Shown here piece after piece: positions 57,981 through 64,000 of a stretch of 64,000 bases of DNA (position 1 is the stretch's first letter; each line of letters starts with the position of its first letter). The notes under the pieces are model-generated. The model made no database searches, was not told the DNA's origin, and was given only the letters and a program-made list of their open reading frames with translations. Location: contig JASCQW010000072.1 in the NCBI GenBank assembly GCA_030264375.1, positions 35,357,487 to 35,421,486 on the forward strand. Reading direction: 5' to 3'. This DNA comes from Carcharhinus longimanus. Lineage: Eukaryota. A program made the position numbers and the translations under genes.

Positions 57981-60900
57981 TCAACATATAGCCAGGTTTT
58001 AATTCAATGTAAAAATTAAAGCACAGTGGCAAGATAACACATTAATGTCTGTTTCTCAAGACTGTTGAATGGCAAAGAGCCTCTTAATCACTACAGCTTG
58101 CATCTTAACACTTTCACAATGCTGGACAATTTAATAGTCACTTATGTTTTAGGGACAGACCTTACAATGAATCACTGCATTAATAATATACTTACCGTAC
58201 AGCATTTAATTATAACATTCAAAGTTGACAACATCTTTTAAATCTACTTCTCAAAAGGTTCCAGCTTCTACATCAGGTTTCCCCCAGCGTTCACAAACTG
58301 ACTGGCCTGGTGTGCTTTGCTGAACCATCAGGAACCCATCAACTTCGTTTCAGATCTTAAACTCAGGGAAATTCAATATTGAGGCAGATACTTAAAAGAC
58401 CGAACCTGACGTGACATTGGGTTGCAATCTGCCATGTTTCCCATGACAGTCAGTCAAAATTGCAACCCGCAGCAATCAACTGGGAAGTTTAAAATTTACA
58501 GAATTTTCATTTTCACCTGCCAAACACAGATTTGCTCAGCATCAGCATGACAAAATTTGGCCCTTGAAACTCACCTAATGGCCTAAATGTTCTGGTCCCG
58601 ACAGCTGCGGGAATCATCACAGTGGAACAGAGAATTCAACGGATAAGTAAAAGGTCCGTTGACCTCGGATGAGTATTTCTTGTCTTAGGGCAGATGGGAC
58701 TGGAAAACACCAACCACTGTATGAACCCTCACTCAGCATTCTTCAAAATGCAGTTAAATTCATGTTATATTTAATACAAGACTAGAATTTAATCCTGTAG
58801 TTGGTTAGTGGAAAATAATGCTGCCTAAATAATAAATTTGTACCCAATGAGGTACAAATACAGGAAAAGTTGGTGCTCACTTGAGAGAAACTGGCATTGG
58901 AATGACAAGCATTCAATGCACCAAATACTGAAAACAAGATTGCATTTGATTTGACATTTTTTGGTAGGGACAGAATTGATTAAATATGTGATTTCACATT
59001 AATTGGGCTGCAAGCTGTGGACAACAATTCCAAATTAGAGTAAAAGGGCAGGTAATTTACTTAAAATAGAAAGCTGTACATCCTTTGCCTAAATGATTGT
59101 AACAGGAAAGGTCCTACAGTATTTCACTGTGAATTGACAGGGATAGGCTATGCACAGTGTATTGAATACAAGCAGCTCACAACTTAATTATCTTTGAGGA
59201 TGAAACAGCCTAGGTCTGAGCTTCATTACCTTCTTTAAGTACAACCCAAATGGGTGAAGTAATCCACAAAAGTTTACATTAATACTGCAATGAAGTTACT
59301 ATGAAAATCTCCTAAGTCAAATATTGAATTAGTTTAAAGGTGTATTGTACACAACAGAATCATTGTATTCTTTTTAACGCAAGTTGCATTACTAATATAG
59401 TAATGTTGGACTGTCCTAGCAGCAGTATGATTTTCGCTCTAAATAAGTATAACGTTTAAGTTAGAATGGGCTGCACCATGGCAATGGCTATGACCGCACT
59501 CCCACCTCCACGTACACACCCCCAGGCTGGTGCTCAGTGGTACTGGCCTTCCCATTTCCTTTCATTACTGCTATGCTTGAACCACTCGTTTATAGAGCAG
59601 TAATGATATGTGCCGGCGTGACATCTCGCCGGAGAGGCGACAAGCATCGGGGGTGGGTGGGAAAGCAGCCGTGCCGACCTTGCTAATGATACTGAAATCC
59701 AATCAAATTCATGCTGATAAGTTTTGCACAGTAGCAGTTAACATCATTCAAAAGGGCCCGGGAAGATAGCAAACCATTACGCGCCAGGCATGAATTGGAT
59801 TTTTTGCCTCGCACACTATTTTCTCAGCTCACCTTGCTGATCGATGGGCGTGGTGAGGTGGTAAGATTGCATCTGCTATGTCTAAACAATTTGATGATAC
59901 TTTTGCTGCATCATGTTAAGGTGGTTTTAACTTGATCATCAGTGTATTTTCTAAAGGAACATCAGTTCAGATCTTAGTTTGGTGATCAAACATTTAGAAA
60001 TGTTGTTTTTACTGAAAGTTTTAAGTTATTTTTCTCTTTCTCCCTCAAACACTATGTACACCAGCACTAGAATTTAAAAGATTCTCAAGGGAAACAAACA
60101 TGGGCACAGCTGGGTTCTCACTTAAAAGAGGTAAATGTCAGACAACAGATTTGTTCCCACAGTCAATATTTTTAGACGAGACTGCAATTTCTCATGTTAT
60201 TGCGATTCTACCAATTTAGTAAAACCTCCAGAGACTGCCTGAAATCTTACATGCCCCTGTTATGACTTTATACCAAGTCTTCCTTTTCACCGCCACCCTT
60301 AACAAAATTCTTATGAACATTTTTTGCTGCTGCTAAAATTGTTTTGGTCTTTGAGAAAAAAAAGAGACAACTTTTCCTTCCCGACAGACAGTGTCTGCCA
60401 GTTGCCTATATCTACAGAGAAAGGGCTGCAGATATGAAACCCCAGCATCAATACATCAAGCTGCAAAGAGGGGGGTGCTTAATGGGTTTCCCAATGCAGA
60501 TTGCCAGGTTATGGCTGGCCAAAATTGAGCCACCACAACTGATAGCAAGGTAAATGCTGGGTTTGAGGAAGTCCCAGGGTGATAGCAGCTCAGGTACTCA
60601 GATTCAGCCTACAGAAGCATTCCTGCTGTCCCCCCCTGCCCCTTCCCCACCACCTCAGATCTCAAAATATAGGAGGGAATTCCCCCATCCCGCCGCACTA
60701 ATTTTCTAATGCAGTAGCGTGGGAGAATCTCATGGCTGGGCATGTGCAGGATTCGCGCATACATTCCCGCAGTGGGTGCATCTCTTTATTTAAATCCAAT
60801 TTTAATGTAATTAGCAGGCCCAGGACTGAAGTCTCTGGGCCCACTAGCATCTCCTGCCCCATATCCCTAGAGGCCATTAAGGCCCCCCTCTGGAGGTTGG

Positions 60901-62635
60901 GAGCAAGGGGATAGTGCCCCTTGGCCAGTGCCAACCTGGCACTGCCCACCAGGCAATGCCAAGGGGACAGGGCTTGAGGGGTGGAGCCAGAATATGGGCA
61001 GGGCAATCAATTGCGGGAGGAACTGCTGCGCACTCTGCAACAGGGACCGGTGGGGAGGAGAGGGAAGACCTGTACATTTGCCACTGCACCCTCTGCTATC
61101 AACAGCTGGCTTTTGGGTGATTTAAGCCTTGCCTACTCCCCCTACAGGCACAAAATGGTTTCCAGCATTTGTTCTTGCAGAGTGCATAAGATTCAACATT
61201 TGGACTCACCAAAAAAATGGATCCGAAACTCTTCTGTTTTAACTCTCGTTCTGAACTTAAGATTGCCCCCTATAGCTTTAACTGGCCACTTTTTGTACCA
61301 GGGAGGTTGAATGGCAATTTTTAACATTTATTACTGTTAAAAGGGCATTTCTTTTGTTGATAATTAAACTCACCTTTCTGTGAAGAGCTAAATGGCAATA
61401 ATGTGCAACTGCGGCAATTTCATGAAACTCATGGAGAGAATATCATTTATGCCAAATTAATGGCAGAGTGGAACAAATTGTTCAGCAACTTGTGGAAATT
61501 TGCAATTCATGGGTATCTTTTCCTCATCACAAATTACTGGCTGATTTTCACAATAATAATGGTGTGCTTTGTTCAAATGTTGACTTTTTTTGGAAAATTC
61601 CGGCCCTTTGTGATTTGTTCAAATATGTTTCTGACTGGTAGCTTTTGAATTAAGGGATTTGAATAAATGTGTTCAATCTGAAGTCTTTGAAGAATGGCTG
61701 TCTGAATAATGTCTTTGAAAACAATATCAGCCAGGCAGCTTTTGAAGTTGGGACGGTAAGGATATAAATTTTAGCTTTAGTGCTGAGTTTGCTAATCATA
61801 TTATTTTGTACTAAATAAGGGATGGGTAAAGATTAGTAAACACTGCAACCTTGATGTTTCTGATGGTGTTTCGATATTATTTTATTGTTCTAATCATTTT
61901 TGCCCATTCAAATTTGAAACAAAATCTTGTATCAGAATTATTCAACTGCCTCTGGAAGAAATGAGGAAACAGCTTAGAAGAAGCACATAAAATTTTAATT
62001 ATTTTAAGTCCACTACAGTGCTATTAACCAGAAATCAAAGCAAGTGAATACATTCTCAAGGCCATAGAGATAACAATTCACCAATTAAGATAGTTTGGAA
62101 CTCAGGAGAGTGGGGGAGAGGAGAGATGATTTCACAGAGTTGTATGGCTGGGAATTGTTACAGAGATAGGAAGAAATCAGTCCATAGAGTTAAACGCAGA
62201 AGTGATTGTTTTCTAATTTAAGGAATTGGAGGATCAGAAATACAGCAGAGGGTTAATGATGATTGTGAATTGGTGTGGGATAGAGTAAGGCAACAGGGAG
62301 TTGTACATGCTTAAATTTATGGAAATTACAGGAAGAGGCAAGGCAAGAGAGCCGTGGAATAGCCAACTCTGACAAAGGCACAAACAAATTCAAACTGATG
62401 TATCAATAATTGCATAATCAATAATGGCAGTAATTAAATACTGGCACCATGTGATATCATTGTGACGTGTGATATCATTGTGACGTGACTTGCAAACAAG
62501 AAAGACAGCAATTTTTGAAAGAAAGAATTGGCTAATTGTGAAACAACTCTTTTTGCACTGATTTAATATACTGTGCATATCAACAAAGCAATAGTCCTTT
62601 CCACCATATCCAAAGGCTAACACAGAAATACTCAC

Positions 62636-62806
62636 CCACAGATGTTCCTTGCAGTAGGTTCTGGAATTCATCTGTTTCCAACACCTTCAAGATATTGGTT
62701 GATTCCATTCTCTCCAGTTCCACCCTCCAGTACACATAGATTTTGTGATTGAAGCTGACGTACACCAGACAGGGACTATTCCGACCATTTTTGCATGCAT
62801 ATATGC
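62636..62806 (-). CDS. ITFG2: ITFG2 (KICSTOR subunit KICS3) penultimate coding exon
   Basis: Minus strand ttcttctgcgtctag acceptor, GTGG|gtgagt donor, 171 nt (phase 1-1). Encodes (G)[56 protein letters not shown]; recalled human has [39 protein letters not shown]. Confidence 0.95.
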
Positions 62807-63235
62807 CTAGACGCAGAAGAACAGGTGACAGTAAGTTGTAGAGAGTGAAAGCCTGTTAATCAAAGAAACTTGCTTCACTGTGCATGAGCAATCTTCCTCT
62901 TTCCATTCAGGCAGACTATTCCAAACTCAGTAAGATTTTGAACTACTGTCAATATGGGTTGATACAGTAAAAGGCAACTTCTGTCAGACATTTGCGATTT
63001 TACTAACAGCCCAAGTAGAATTTATATTTGCACGGCATCATTATAAAAAAACTTACTAAATGATTGGAGAGGTAAATTTTGAGAAGGTTTTTGATGCTAA
63101 GGGTTCTTTGGAGGTAAACAGATAATGAAGATCTAAAAAAAGGTGAAGCACAAGTTAAGCTTCTCAAACTTGGCAAAATGGAAGAATGAAAAACGGCAAA
63201 AGTCCAACTGGGCATCACATCTTAGGAAGGAGGAT

Positions 63236-63325
63236 AAAACAGAAAATGCTGGAAATACTGGCAGTATCTGTGGAGAGAGAGAAACGGTGTTAACATTTCA
63301 GGTCTATGACTTTTATCCTGAAACA
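63236..63325 (-). mobile_element. Penelope-type terminal fragment with a degenerate hammerhead core
   Basis: Reverse strand reads ...aaaagtcatagacctgaaatgttaac...tctccacagatactgccagtatttccagcattttctgtttt, the same family as 41978-42106. Confidence 0.55.
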
Positions 63326-64000
63326 GACAGATGAAAACACAAAACACAAAAATCTGTTTGAGGCCCACTTTGCAAAACTAATGCAGATGGCTGCAACAAG
63401 CATTGTGGTTTGTTTCTTCAGGAATGGCAAGTTTGATTTATTTTTTACTTCCTTATTGTGAAGCTGGAAGTGTAGGACTGCTCCCCCAGCTTCACATTAA
63501 ATCTGCAGATTACAGGCCAGAATTCACCTTCCCAATTGCCTCCCTCTCCCACCATCCCCATGGACTTTTATTATGACTAGAACATCAACTGCCACCTGGG
63601 ACCAGAGAGTTTCTTCTGGGCCATAACTGGCACTTAAAGCTCACCAATAATAAGTTAGTAGGGCTGGCAGACCCATTTACTGTGGTTCTGTCACTAGCTT
63701 CATCAGGCAGGAGTCGCAAATGCTGCACTGGGATTGCACTGCTAATTTGGTTCTGAAAACTGCTTACATTGCTGAAATTAGTACCAGTGATAAGTGGAGA
63801 TAAGGAGATATTGGATGAGCAATGGGTCATTGCTTATTTTGAGTGTACAATTTAGCAATGGGCTGCCAATTCTGGCTGCAAGCACATGATTTCCAAGATG
63901 CACCAGCTGTCAAATTGTACCTCAAATAGGATACATCCATAGGATGCATATTGTAAATTGTTATTATCTTTCTGTATAGTGAAGTTTTGGCAGAATCCAT

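Noticed and set aside
60375-60555. Exon-like segment on + (ccttcccgacag ... gcaag|gtaaat) antisense within the ITFG2 intron
   Set aside because: No recognisable protein similarity and no partner exons; such splice-like pairs arise by chance.
62449-62490. Two-copy short tandem repeat tgtgatatcattgtgacg
   Set aside because: Simple intronic slippage duplication; no spacers, so not CRISPR-like.
1-64000. Prokaryotic operons, CRISPR arrays, rRNA or an intact endogenous virus
   Set aside because: No long intact ORFs, repeat-spacer arrays or rRNA-like sequence; all retro and transposase ORFs are broken by stops and frameshifts.

Overview
This is eukaryotic genomic DNA, almost certainly from a cartilaginous fish (shark-type HE1/V-SINEs, DeuSINEs and CR1/HER1-like LINEs), with many assembly gaps. 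Two convergent spliced genes can be rebuilt by hand, with canonical AG/GT boundaries and matching intron phases. On the + strand are the last five coding exons of NRIP2 (990-1157, 7240-7322, 26156-26295, 31389-31441, 34295-34417; 188 aa in window). On the - strand are the last two coding exons of ITFG2/KICS3 (62806-62636, 52762-52668). This matches the tail-to-tail ITFG2/NRIP2 arrangement known in human. The NRIP2 retroviral-type aspartyl protease motif reads NTG instead of DTG, and the protein ends in a poly-Glu tail. A large NRIP2 intron hides an intronless, frameshifted glutathione synthetase (GSS) retrocopy. The rest is layered transposon debris: two LTR-bounded Copia (GalEa-like) elements, PIF/Harbinger remnants and MITEs, CR1, L2, RTE, RTE-X, Rex1/Babar and Tx1 LINE pieces, probable Gypsy solo LTRs, and short Penelope-derived insertions with decayed hammerhead cores and clean target-site duplications. 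Gene and family names come from recalled sequence motifs, not a database search. Repeat boundaries are approximate unless a TSD or TIR is stated. There are no prokaryotic features.
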